Source: Camelus dromedarius
Lineage: Eukaryota
Reading direction: 5' to 3'
NCBI RefSeq assembly: GCF_036321535.1
Contig: NC_087449.1
Span: 25,730,001-25,794,000 of the forward strand
Length of the DNA stretch: 64,000 nt
This document shows positions 12,768-24,720 of the stretch, piece after piece. Made by a program: the position numbers and the translations under genes. How positions within the stretch are numbered: position 1 is the stretch's first letter; each line of letters opens with the position of its first letter. Under the pieces are notes generated by a model that did not search any database, was not told where the DNA came from, and was given only the letters and a program-made list of their open reading frames with translations.

Positions 12768-12965
12768 GAGTGGTGTGGGCTCTGGAATTGGAAGCGGGTT
12801 TGTGTCCTGGCTCTACCAACCCCTGGCTCTGTGGTTGGGTTCTGGGGAAGTCACTTCCCTCTCTTTAAACCTCAGTTTTTGAACCTGTGTAATGGGGATA
12901 ACAATAATAATGGCTTTGTCTACTTCAGAGGGTTGCTCTGAAGATCAAATGAGAAAATACTTTTG
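12768..12965 (+). mobile_element. MIR
   Basis: gggctctggaa...gtcctggctctacca...gaagtcacttccctctctttaaacctcagttt...tgtaatggggataacaataat...agggttgctctgaagatcaaatgaga. Confidence 0.82.
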
Positions 12966-13589
12966 TAGTCCAGGAAACACTGTTTAAATATAAGAGTGTA
13001 GTTATCAACCAAGCAACAAATGCAATAATTTGCTGAGCGTTCAACAGGTGTCAAGCATGTATCTTCTCTACACTAACAGAATTTAAGACTAAAGATAACC
13101 ATAAGAGGTAAATAAATTCAGTTCTTACCATTTTACCATTAATAAACCAGACTAGAAAAACTGATTTACCAAGAAAAAATTTAAAAATTACCCCAAAATG
13201 AAGCACACATACTACTAAGTGATGAAGTAAAGCTCCAACCAAGATCTGAAAGGAAGGCTCACAGTGTCAGCTGCTCTGCTGCTGGGGCTCTGGGCAGAGG
13301 CTGGCTGTTCTCACAGATGCGGACTAATATCATTAGTAAAGGTCTTTTTCCCAGGCAGGATGAGAGAATGAGCTCAGTCTTGACTTCACAGATGCAGGAA
13401 CAAATAGGAAACTAGGTCAGGTCTTCAGAAGAACCCAGTGCAGCATCGGTCCTACTCCCTGATGTTAAGAGGATGCGTCAATTGCAGACCATAAAGAGAA
13501 AGTGGCCGGTAACCTTTCATTATGAAACAGTGAAGGATGCAGATCGTATCTGGGAAAGAGAGAAGGTCTGGAGACAGACTGGTGCAAAT

Positions 13590-13735
13590 CCTGCCATGGG
13601 ACAAGTGTACTCTCTGAAACTTCAGTTTCCTCATCCGTAAAACAGGAATAGTAGCATCAAGCTTAGAAGGCTCTGAGGCTTGGATCGAGTGCGGGCACTG
13701 AACCTGGCATGCTTCGGAGCCTAATACAGAATGCC
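13590..13735 (+). mobile_element. MIR
   Basis: gggacaagtgtactctctgaaacttcagtttcctcatccgtaaaacaggaatagtag. Confidence 0.65.
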
Positions 13736-14454
13736 CATTTGGCCAATTAACTTTTTTCGAAAGTTAGGAGTCAGTGGAATTTTATCTGCCATTCCTCTCC
13801 AATCTTGGGAGTTTTTCGCTGCATGGGCTTGTAACAAAAATGCTCAGAGCCAACTCTAACTAGATGGGGGAGGAGATATATATATATATATATTCTCTCT
13901 GTAAGGAAATCTGAGTTTCTTCCCTTTGCCACTCTCCAGTTGCTCCTTGAACTTCTGTGTGGTACCTAACCTCCTACAGGCAGGCAGCTGGGGTCAGGGT
14001 AGGGAGGAGGCAGGGAATGGCTTCAGCTAATTGCAGTGTAATCTCAAGTGCGCTTGGTGAGAACATTACACAAGGAGGGGTGTTTCTTGGAAATGAGGGC
14101 TGAGGGGAGTTCTGGCTGATATGCCAGCAGTGGGAAAGGATTTTAAATTTATCTGCTTGGTCCAGAGAAGACAGAACTCAACGTGTCTCTCTTCTTAAGA
14201 TGGGCTAAAGCCTTATCGACCGGCTCATGGCCAAAATTAAAAGTAGAAAAAAAAAAGGTAAAATGTATAGGAACCAGAATCATATTATCAGATCAAAGTT
14301 AGACAAGGACAGAAAAACTACCCAGCCTTTGCTGCCGCTTCCACTCTTTGGAAAGTTCTTACACCCAACTCTGTGGTCTCGAAGCCTCTTGGGCAAATCC
14401 TTACTGTAACCAGCATCACATTGCATTATTAATCTTGTTATTGTCATTGCTATT

Positions 14455-14565
14455 ATTTTTCACATCTGTTTCCTCTATTAGACTTTGAACAACTTGAGGA
14501 GAATTGTTATTCCCAGCATTCTGTAGGCGTAGGGAATGTAGTCAGAAATGGTGAGTGATTGATGA
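14455..14565 (+). mobile_element. L2 3' terminus
   Basis: catctgtttcctctattagactttgaacaacttgagg...tattcccagca...gtgagtgattga. Confidence 0.55.
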
Positions 14566-15924
14566 GAGGAACTTTCGGAAGTTTTGCAGATTGCCCGAGC
14601 TTTGCCCACGTTTCTCAGGCAGAGCTTCAGGAATGTGACACACGGAATGGCAACAGATCCAAACGCTCTCCATATCCACCACCTCCCCGCGTTCCTTGTG
14701 CACCCTCACCCGAGGCGGACAACGGGTGCCATGCCCACAACTGAGCTCTGCAGGGACCTCTTCAGATCAGCAGGTTTCCAGCACGGTGCAGTGTGTGGCT
14801 TGTGCATACATTTGTAAATTTCATGAGGCAAAGGCAGTCACACTGCTTGCAAGTCAGGCAGCTAAATGATTTATTAAGCAAAGGTTACAGCACCTGTGCC
14901 TTTTCGTCAACAAATCAGGCCCATGCCATGCCCAGCGATTCTTCTAATAACCCAAATGGTAATTCGGTTTTAAATAGCATTTCAGATACCACAATTCTGT
15001 TGATGCAGAACAGTGATAGATTTGGGTGGCAAGGAAGAAATGCCTGTTTTTAATATTGTTTGCACTCATTTTTCATTTTAAAGAATTAGTCCTCATTGGT
15101 GTTCTGCAGGTTAAGCATTTTATTTGAACATTCTGATGAAACTAGAACATGAATGAAAATGAGTTCTTTGCTCAGTACTTCTGTGTGGGAATTGGTATTT
15201 CTATTTATTACCTGATGATGAAATATTAACTCTTTTCCTCTAAATAAATGCCTCTTCTTAATGGCTCATGTTTTCAGGGATCAGATTAAATCATGGGATG
15301 TAATTGAAATGGCCATTGGCTTTCTGCTACTTGAGACGATGGCGTGAGCTCTCTTATGTCATTTCGTGGATATGCAGAGGACATTAATAGTGTCCAAAGT
15401 GAAGTAAAAGCTCTATGCCCCAGACACTTTTCTATATGTTAACATCAACTGTCATGGGAAAGTATTCAAAAATAAGAGATTTAGGGTGGGAGAGTGGTCG
15501 TGGTTTCTCAGAACAGACAGGCGTTCTAAAGGCTGTAAGGAGGTGGCCACCCCCATGTTAACGATGGGTCACGAAACGGAGGAGGAGAAGGAAAATGAGA
15601 GGCACAGCATGACCGTAGCAGAGGTAGCAGGCAGTGAGGCAGATGAACGGGACAGATCACTCGGCAGGAATGTTCGGACAGAGCCAAAGCTGGGGGGAGA
15701 CACACAATGCACTCGGAGGGCAGTTTGAAAGAAAACTAGTTCAAGGCAAGGCTAAAGAGAAGGCAATTCTGTCTCAGTGAAGGGAGGAATTCTCTGGAGG
15801 AAAAAAAATAGACTGGAAGGGAAGGAGGAGGAAAAATGGCTTTCAATTATCCATGTTATCCTTCCCTACCAATCATTACAGATGATGAATAGGTGCAATA
15901 AAAGCCAATATTCAATTTTTCCAA

Positions 15925-16150
15925 TTTACATGGAAAGAAGGCCATAATATATTGTTAAGAGGAAGAAACAGCAGGTTACCAAACAATGTATATAATATGA
16001 TCTCGTTTTTGCAATATATTGGTGTGCACAGAAACAGCCTGGATGGATGGATGCAGAAATGTTAACAGTAGGACTACAAGTGATTTTTATTATTTTTCCC
16101 ATCTGTATTTTCCACAATTAATATGTATCATGACTGTAATAAGAAAAAGT
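15925..16150 (+). mobile_element. L1ME-type 3' UTR fragment
   Basis: catggaaagaagg...atatattgttaag...aaacaatgtatataatatgatctcgtttt...aaatgttaacagtag...tattttccacaattaatatgtat. Confidence 0.65.
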
Positions 16151-16364
16151 CATTATTTCTAAACTTCCTTATGAATCATTTAGATTCAACCCCCTACCCG
16201 CTGACTACCCACTCTGTGCCGGACATGAGAGCCAGTGCTTTTGGAGAAGTCAGCACACAGTAACAGTAGATTCTGCTGATAAACAGTCCACTTTTCCTGG
16301 CGGTTTTATAGAATTTTAGGCTCTTGAGAGGTGAAAGGGCTGTTAGGGTTTATCTAATGATTAC

Positions 16365-16938
16365 ATTTAAAAAATTGTGGTGAAATACACATGACATGAA
16401 ATTTACCATCTTCATCATTTTTAAGTGGACAGTTTAGTGGTGTTCAGAGCATTCACATTGCTGTGCAACCATCACCACCACCCATCTTCAGAGCTTTTTT
16501 CATCTTATAAAACTGAAACTCTATACCACTGAACAATAACTCTCTAGTCCACCCTCTCCTCAGCCTCTGGCAACTACCATTCTACTTTGTCTCCATGAGT
16601 TTGACTACACTTGGTACCTCANNNNNNNNNNNNNNNNNNNNNNNNNNNNNNNNNNNNNNNNNNNNNNNNNNNNNNNNNNNNNNNNNNNNNNNNNNNNNNN
16701 NNNNNNNNNNNNNNNNNNNNNNNNNNNNNNNNNNNNNNNNNNNNNNNNNNNNNNTACCACATTAAAATGGCATATACATAATAAAATGTATCTACCCCAT
16801 TTTGTTTATCCATTTATCTGTCAGTGGACACTTGGGTTGTTTCCATCTTTGGCTACTGTGAATAATAGCCAAAATAAGAATGTGGGTGTACAAATATCTC
16901 TTCAAGGCCTGGCTTTCAGTTCTTTGGGGTACATACTA
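16365..16938 (-). mobile_element. L1MA/L1MB-type 3' end, containing a 133-nt N-run
   Basis: aattgtggtgaaatacac...tttaccatc...cattcacattgctgtgcaaccatcacc...ctctggcaactaccattctact...ggacacttgggttgtttccatc...tctttggggtacatac. Confidence 0.88.
16622..16754. other. N-run (133 nt) inside the L1 3' UTR
   Basis: Read directly from the sequence. Confidence 0.99.
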
Positions 16939-17129
16939 GTGATGAGATTTTGATGCAATTTCAGATTTAAAACCAGAGACTATGCCAGTGATACTCCTGA
17001 GAGCTGAGCATCTGTCTCTGCCTGAATATCGGCAGGGAAAGGTGTTCCCTGGCTCATCAGCAGGCAGCAGGGGACCCGGGTTGGAGAGCACAGGCAGAAC
17101 TGGGGGTGCATTCATGCCCCACTCCTCAC

Positions 17130-17295
17130 CACTGTACGGCCTTGGGAGAAGCAGCAGTCTCTTGAGACCTCAGGGTTCACATCTATAAAGTGGAGACAAC
17201 TACATACACCCTACTGGGTGGCTGTCAAGATTCGCTGGATAACGTACCTAAGCTACCTCGTACACAGAAAGTGCTCAATAAGTAGAGACTATATA
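17130..17295 (+). mobile_element. MIR
   Basis: ccttgggagaag...tcttgagacctcagggttcacatctataaagtggagac...aagtgctcaataagtag. Confidence 0.68.
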
Positions 17296-17875
17296 TAATC
17301 AAAGAATTTTCTTTTTAAAGAAAGGTCTTATGATAAGCTGAAAGCTGCCTACTTCAAATGTCTATGCATTAGTTCAACTTTTATCTGATGGAAAAAAACC
17401 AGAGACCATATCTAATCCGTATCCTATACATTGATGCTTCAAGTATTTGAAGAAATTTCTTTGGGAGAAAGGGAGCCCATATTATTTTGCACTTGTTTGT
17501 GGATTTACGTGCACTATACCTCGTCTGCATTTTTAAAGCTCAAGTATCTGCCTGGGTGACTCTTCAATTCTGATTTCTTTAAAGGTAGAAAAAAGTTTTG
17601 TTTTCCCAGAAAACTTTTCCCATAATTTGATTAATACACATTTCATGCCTTATTAACAAAAATATTTCTATAGAAAAATGCAAGCTTGCCTAGGAAATTA
17701 CTAATCTGCAGGCCATGTTCAAATTATGTCTTAAAAAATTCCCGTAAAAATGTTTTCCTCTTCTGATGTCCTCTCAAAAAGATTATTTAAACAAGTTATT
17801 TTTATTATCTATATCTATACAAGCCTACCACCTTAAGTGGTTCCAGAAAGTAGTTCTTCTTTTTTAAAAAGAGTT

Positions 17876-17935
<60 letters not shown>

Positions 17936-17936
17936 C
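17876..17936. repeat. Compound (TA)n(CA)n(TA)n microsatellite
   Basis: Read directly from the sequence. Confidence 0.95.
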
Positions 17937-19917
17937 ACCTTGAATTAAAATATTTAGAGCACATGATTTTTATCTCAGGATGTTTTCTTGGGAAAAAATG
18001 ATAACTCCATTAGCACAGCTTCTCATAAGACAATTGGGGACGGCTTTCTTCAAGCCAAATGTGGCAGGTGTCACTGTGATAAGAGACATTTAAGCTGCTG
18101 TCCCTATGATGCCAAATAGTTAATGGAAACTCCCCAAATTCAGTTCCAGATGCCAATACTGGGTCCACATGACATCATCCATCCAGATGCGTAGAAAATC
18201 TGGATTTTTAAGAATTGAATTTTTGTGGTCAGCATCATGAAGACTCAGTTTCTGGGTTAGATAAGGCATTTGCGAAACAAAGCCATACTGGACTAGAGCA
18301 TGTTTTGATTATAGAGAAACAAATTGAATGGAACGCAGGGTACAATTTCAGTGCTGTGAATCACAGCCTAGATACAAATACTATGGAAAATACAAACGGG
18401 ACATTTCCAAACTGCAATTTTGAGGTTCTTAGTGGGGTAAGCTGAGCCCACTGGTGCTCTGAGAAAAGCAATCATCCAATATAAAGCCACTGTCCCCAGT
18501 TCTCCCTTTCTCATTGAACCTGATCCCTCGAGCCAAAAGTACAAAATGAAATGTTCTTTTATTTTAATGCTTTCAAGGTAATTACTCAATTTCAGATTCA
18601 CAAGTATTTGAAGGTATGGGAAAATAAGCAATAAACTTGAAGAATTCTATGGGAGGTACTGAACAGGAGATGTTAATCCCAGACGCCAGGTACCTGCCAG
18701 TTTCAGAAGAAACAGCAGAAGTGGGAAGTTCAAGAGTTAACCTTCTCCCTCCCCTCTCTGCTGCCCCTCTCCACCCAGCTGCCTCCTCTGAGGCTGTACT
18801 TTCTGTGACCCTGCTTCAGTGTAAGGAAGGCTTCAGATGCAATGCAGTTTAACCCAGCGCTGTCAACACAGCAATAAACTAAAACCCTTCACAGAGAAAG
18901 CAAATGGACCCAGGAAAGCAAATCTATCTCGTTCATAAGCACCTGCTCACAGTGTTACAAACAAAGATGAATAGTTATAAATTAGGCATCTGGAGATTAC
19001 ACACCCAGACATATGCACAAATAACTCAGAGAATTTTTTTCAGACACCGTGTTGAGAACCTCAAAGAGAAAATACTTTCTTTATGTCAATTATGATAATA
19101 TACAGTCACGTTCTAATTAGGAAATCAGAGAGTAGTTTCTTCCAAAACCTGCATCCAACTCTAGTTCACAAATCTCTAAGTATCTTTATATCTACTACCT
19201 TTGAATTCCAAAAAGTCTTTCCCTGTTTCTCAATTAACAGCAGCCATTCCAAAACTTTTAAAAGACATTCTTTCTCCTTGACCTCTACTAGCACAAAAAC
19301 ACAACTATCTATTGAAAAACAAGCTCTAGATGTCCTGGCATTGTCTTTTTTCAATCATCTACCTCAAAATATGACATTATATTCACATACCTTCCCCTCC
19401 CACCCCACCGGGCCAGCGCAGCCAGTAACAAACACGTCCTATCTCTGCACCAACACCAGCAGCTTAACAGGGCTCAGGAATCCTTTCTTTTCCTTTCTCT
19501 TGGGAAGTCTGCCAGGTTCCGGGGACCCTATAACAAGTACAGGACAGTGGCAGGCCCCCGCCTTCCCAGCTTGCTCTCTGATGTCGCCGGCTGCCGGGCG
19601 GTCTTTCCAGGTTCCACGGGGGCCTACTTCTGTTTGCTTGCACGAAGAGAGGCATGCCTTCCTAAAAGAGGGAGCACACACGGTCTAGCCCTGGGGACAG
19701 TCTCTTCCCACAGCAAAAGCAGTTCTGGCACAGAAGCCCTCCTCTTCTACCCCCTCAACGCGAGAAGCAAAAATCGCAGGCACTGTTTTCGACGATTTCT
19801 GAGAACACATGGAAATGTGGCTGAAGGGCCAGGGCAGGTTGGGGTCAGGAAGAAAGGGGACCGAACAGGGGCTGGGGAAGGCAGCCTGTTGTGCCGGAAG
19901 ACGAGTTGCAATGCACC

Positions 19918-20153
19918 NNNNNNNNNNNNNNNNNNNNNNNNNNNNNNNNNNNNNNNNNNNNNNNNNNNNNNNNNNNNNNNNNNNNNNNNNNNNNNNNNNN
20001 NNNNNNNNNNNNNNNNNNNNNNNNNNNNNNNNNNNNNNNNNNNNNNNNNNNNNNNNNNNNNNNNNNNNNNNNNNNNNNNNNNNNNNNNNNNNNNNNNNNN
20101 NNNNNNNNNNNNNNNNNNNNNNNNNNNNNNNNNNNNNNNNNNNNNNNNNNNNN
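19918..20153 (-). other. NFIA: N-run (236 nt) inferred to hide the NFIA cassette exon (human exon 10 equivalent, TYSTPSTSPANRFVSVGPRDPSFVNIPQQTQ)
   Basis: The exon was not found in the called bases. The gap lies about 16.4 kb downstream of exon 9, which fits my recollection of human intron proportions, and has CpG-enriched flanks. Inference only; no exon bases are visible. Confidence 0.55.
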
Positions 20154-22066
20154 GATTAACAAGGAAATGTGCAAACGCTGTAGCTAGCAGAGGGATCTGG
20201 CTAGCAGGGGCATTTTTAGACAGTCAAAAAGGGAAGGAGGGTTGGCTTCCAAAGACTGTTGGAGTAAAACGAGGTCACACTGGTGCTCACGTGAGCTCTT
20301 TTCTCCTTCCATCATATGAATTAGAACATGCAGGACACTGGCAAAGTATACTTTCTGAGTTAAACACGAGCTTTGGGGTCAGAAAGAGTTATCCCCGTCT
20401 TTAAAAGCACAGGAGAAAGAAATTAGGTAGAAAGGGGAGGAAAGCAGCTCATTTTACAACCTTGCTTTTCATGCTATTACCCTCCTAAAAATCATGAAAC
20501 GTTCCTGTGCCCCTTTCTCTAAATATGGGAGAGGAGTCTTTGTAGAAGGAATTGGGTTCTCCGGAAAGGTGGTGGGAAACCGTTTGGAACAAGCTGTCTT
20601 TACGGGCTCGGTGGAATGTCTAGAATTTTATGAGGTACAAAATGTGCTTATAGTATTAACATTTGTAGTCTCCCCCCCCAGAACCCTTCCGTTCAGGCAC
20701 AAACCCTCAAGACCCCGTGTGAACCCGGAACCTCAGGTACCACACCTCAGTCTACCATCCTTCTTACAAGTACATGAAAGTTTTGCTGTTGGTTTTTATA
20801 ATTATATTTAAGAGCTTCATGCACTCCACTTTAGTGAGAAAAAATGCTGTGGTTTCAGTGTTTCATTGGCTCATGTATCTGAATATTTTGTTTCTTGGTG
20901 TCCTTCAGTTCACTTCTTTACCACAAACTCCAAGGATTTATACACATTTTCTTCTTACTAGACTTTTTGGATAGACTATTGCTTAATTTCAAATTTCTCA
21001 TCAATACTTGTAAAAGGCCTCAATTTTTGGACTAACTCAAGTCACACACCATCTAAAAGATGAAAAGGATTTGCGATTTTTAAAAAACACAGATAACTGA
21101 GGGAATAATACCAAATTCTTTTGCCACATTTTTTTTTCTTTCTTGACATCATCGGTTCTTCTTTGACTTTGTTTTACAGAAAACTGCTCAGACTTTCTGT
21201 TCCCCTCATTAAGCACATCTAGAGGTAACATTTCCACCAATCTGGTGCAAGTCCTACTGGTCACCCTTGGTAAGAGCTAAGTCACCCCCACAGAGCTGTG
21301 ATGGTCACGTGGTGTGGCTGTGTTAAACCAGGATGGAACAGAGGATGAACATGAGGGTTCTCTGATGTCTGTGAATAAGAAGCCTTTTGCTGTGGTAGTA
21401 TTCATTTTTCAAGAGCTTTCTAGAAAATGTTCTAAATGTATGATGTGCTGTACTGTGTAGCAATGTGAACCCGCTGGTCTCTTCCCCAGCCCATCTTATG
21501 TCAGACCAACCTGCACAGACCGGAGAAATGCCCCTGCATTCAGTCACTCTGGATGTGCCTCTCACTCACTCACTGCTATGGGGGAAATCTACTTTTTTAA
21601 AAAGCTCAGTAAAATACTCTTTATTAATTGGTTCATTCAGCCCATGGCTCTACTTTGATACGCTTTCAGAAGTCTCAACAGAAAGTTACATATTGAAAAT
21701 GATGGACTACAAGTTACCTGGTAGTGAATTTACCTGCTCTCAGGGCACAAAGAGGATGTGGGAGAGATAAGGAGGAAGCTAGGAGATAAAATAACCTGTT
21801 CAACCTGTTAGCAGTTAGGAGGGAAAAAAGTGTTCTTTTACACTTGAATAGGTAGGTAGGTTGAAAAGGAACAAAGAGACATGAAGAATAAGCTAAGGTT
21901 CTAAGATGATAGAAGCTGGACCATGAGGTCTTGGTTTGCTGGTCCTGGTAGAACAGAGTGCGATGCCTGCACTGGTCATTGCAGACACACAGCAGGGTTT
22001 CCTATGACATTTTTAGCACACTGGTGACATCAGAAACAAGTACGCTGATCGATCCTAGGATACATG

Positions 22067-22068
<2 letters not shown>

Positions 22069-22097
<29 letters not shown>
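22069..22097. repeat. (GT)n microsatellite
   Basis: Read directly from the sequence. Confidence 0.97.
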
Positions 22098-22099
<2 letters not shown>

Positions 22100-24569
22100 G
22101 ATGGTTCTCTGTTGACCATATGTAGCCTTAAATCAGGAAAGGTCTGTATTACATCCCATTCTCTATTTTTGCCAGACATAAGTTTGCCATTTTGAAAGAC
22201 AGGTTAGCATACAAATAATTTAGCCACTCAAAATTACCACGAGACTAACCCCTGGGCATTGTCCCTTCTTCAGTCATGAGACAAACCTTTCGGTCTTAGT
22301 TTTGAAACATCCCAGAAGGCCTTTAATGCTCTCATAGGCTACTAAAACGGCTTCAAATCTTATACTGGTTTTTAAAAAAGAGACCAATGCTGAGAGAGGT
22401 GGTGATGTGTTTGCATTTTTTAAAAAAAGGATATTACAACTACAAAAATCTGGGGATCTCTGAGTACCCAAGCCATCGAATGGAACAAAAAGTGCCCAGG
22501 GAAATTTATTCTATAGAAAGTTGATTCTGGGAAAAATCAAGGACACAGGAAAAACAAGGGAAGGAAGAAAGAAAGTCTGACTCATCTTCCATTATTGTAG
22601 CTACAAGAGGCAGAGAGTGTGTTCACCTATAACAGGATGTAGTCCCAGAGATGATATGACATTAGTTGAATTTGATTTCCCCAAAGAAACAGTGGAATGA
22701 GGGAGTTATCCTGTTGAACAAAAACCTCAGTTGAAACTTTTTATTAAACAACCACATTTACCATGGTGAATCAATTACACACGCACAGTTAAGAGCTTTC
22801 AACATGAATATAAAATCAAGTAGAGGGGGCAATGTGGTAATTAATTATATACAACTGTGTTTACTAGGCTATTATATCACATTCATATCTTTCTTAATTA
22901 TAATTTCTGCCTGCTTACAACAGCAATAATCACATGCTATGGGAGGAGCTTCAGGAAATGATGAAATCCAGAAAACAGCTTTCTGGGAAGATTACTGTAG
23001 GCAGTTTTCATGATTCTAGAGGGAAGATTCAGGGGCATTTGATGACTTTCTGATAAAGTCAACAGGGAAATCAGTTTGCTTATATAATACCATTGTAAGA
23101 GTCCTCATGGCAAACATGACTATTAGAAACCAAACTATTGATTATTTGCCTGCTTCTGAAACAGTGTTTGCTTTTTTTTCAGCGGCCATGTTACCTACAT
23201 GAGCGATGTGACCATGGACCATTTTCCTAACATTGCGGAAGAACATTTCTGCAAGAAGCTTCCACCAGCTCTTGTTTGAGCTAATCTGATCATATGTTTT
23301 CTCTTTCTAATGTATTTCTTCAGATTATCCAAGAGTCTTAGTTTGGCCTTAGCCACAGCGGTAAGTATCAAAATCCCAAATCAGAATTTGATCCCATATC
23401 CAGAGAATGCCTTTCCTCTGCGTCACTCACTTTGTATCATATGCATTGCTAATTCTATGATCCTTCGCTTAGTCAGTACAATCCCCTCCTCAGTATGATC
23501 AACTGGAAAAATGGTCAGAGAACGGTTCCTTCTTTATAAGCAAGAGGCCTCTGAGGATGCTGGACTCTGTCTCCAGAGGGGCTGTGGGATGGGCAGGGAG
23601 AATGGCAGGGGTCCCCCAGTAGCACTGCTCTTTGCAACCCTGCAGGCGTTCCCTGGGAGAGAGCCGCTAAGTCCTCTGAAAGGGATGTACTGCCTGCCTG
23701 CAAGCCAAAGAGAATTCTACCTTGTATTGTTCCCAAGGTCTCTAGCTTTTTGTTTGTTGTTCGTTTGTTTCCAGAATGAGAAGGAATAAGGGATGTGTCT
23801 GGATAAAGGAATAGTGACATTTCCAGGTGAATCAGTTTCTAGTCTGTGGTAGCCTTCACCCAACAATCATTCCTCATCATGGGGTAAAGAAAGTGGTCAA
23901 ACTGTTCTGAACAAAGATGCTTGGAGCGTTCCTATTTTTGGAAAAAAATATGACTAAAAGCCAAGATATTAAAATATTTGTACCACTGTCAGTAGATGTT
24001 TCTTTAAGATAGAAACCATTATCAATAAAACCACTCCAATCTGACAGTCTAGAAAACGTGAGCGCATCGGCTTGCTTTGAAAGTAGGCAGCCAGATTCCA
24101 GATCGGGTTCAAATTTAGCAACCCCTGAAATGTGTGTAATCACTGAAAAACAGAACAGGGAGAAAGTTTCGATAGGTTTCTGTATAGAGCCTGGGGTGAA
24201 AAGAGACCTGCTCTTTGGATGGAGCCCCTCCAGTGTCCACAGAGCAAGCGCCCACCGGGAGGCTGAAGCAGCCTGAGTGGGGTGGTGGCCGGCTCCTCTG
24301 CCAGGCTGGGAGCAAGTGACCCAGTGAGGCACCTTGCCAGGGAAGGGGATGTTAGAGAGCTAGTGAGCTTTGACGTTCTGAACTTACTTCCAGACACAGG
24401 AAGCAGTGAAGTCCCCTAAACCCTGGCAGACATGAGCTTCGTGTTGTTTCCTCAGAGACTCCCATGACATAAAAGGAGGGAATACCAATCCTTCATTCCC
24501 TTAAACTGCACCAAGTCTAACCGCTGCAGTGCGTCAAAGAGAGATATATCCATAGTCTCTCCCTCTCTG

Positions 24570-24720
24570 TCTGTCTCAGCACCTGCTCTGTGCCAGGCCC
24601 TGTGCTGAGCATCATGGGAGATAAGATGGTGAGCAAGACACATCACTATCCTAGAAATGTTAGGGTCTAGTGGGGAGAGATGAGTGCAGAAAATGAGCGC
24701 CTACAAGTAATATAAATAAA
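24570..24720 (-). mobile_element. L2 3' fragment (antisense)
   Basis: tcagcacctgctctgtgccaggccctgtgctgagca...gataagatggtgagcaagaca...gtctagtggggagaga. Confidence 0.6.

Noticed and set aside
18215-18445. LDKAFAKQSH peptide resembling the CR1/L2 reverse transcriptase motif FSKAFD
   Set aside because: The similarity is confined to a few residues, with no other RT motifs nearby.
19083-19688. Longest N-free ORF (201 aa, plus strand)
   Set aside because: It is antisense to NFIA intron, has S/F/T/L-rich composition typical of pyrimidine-rich noncoding DNA, and shows no recognisable domain or splice context.
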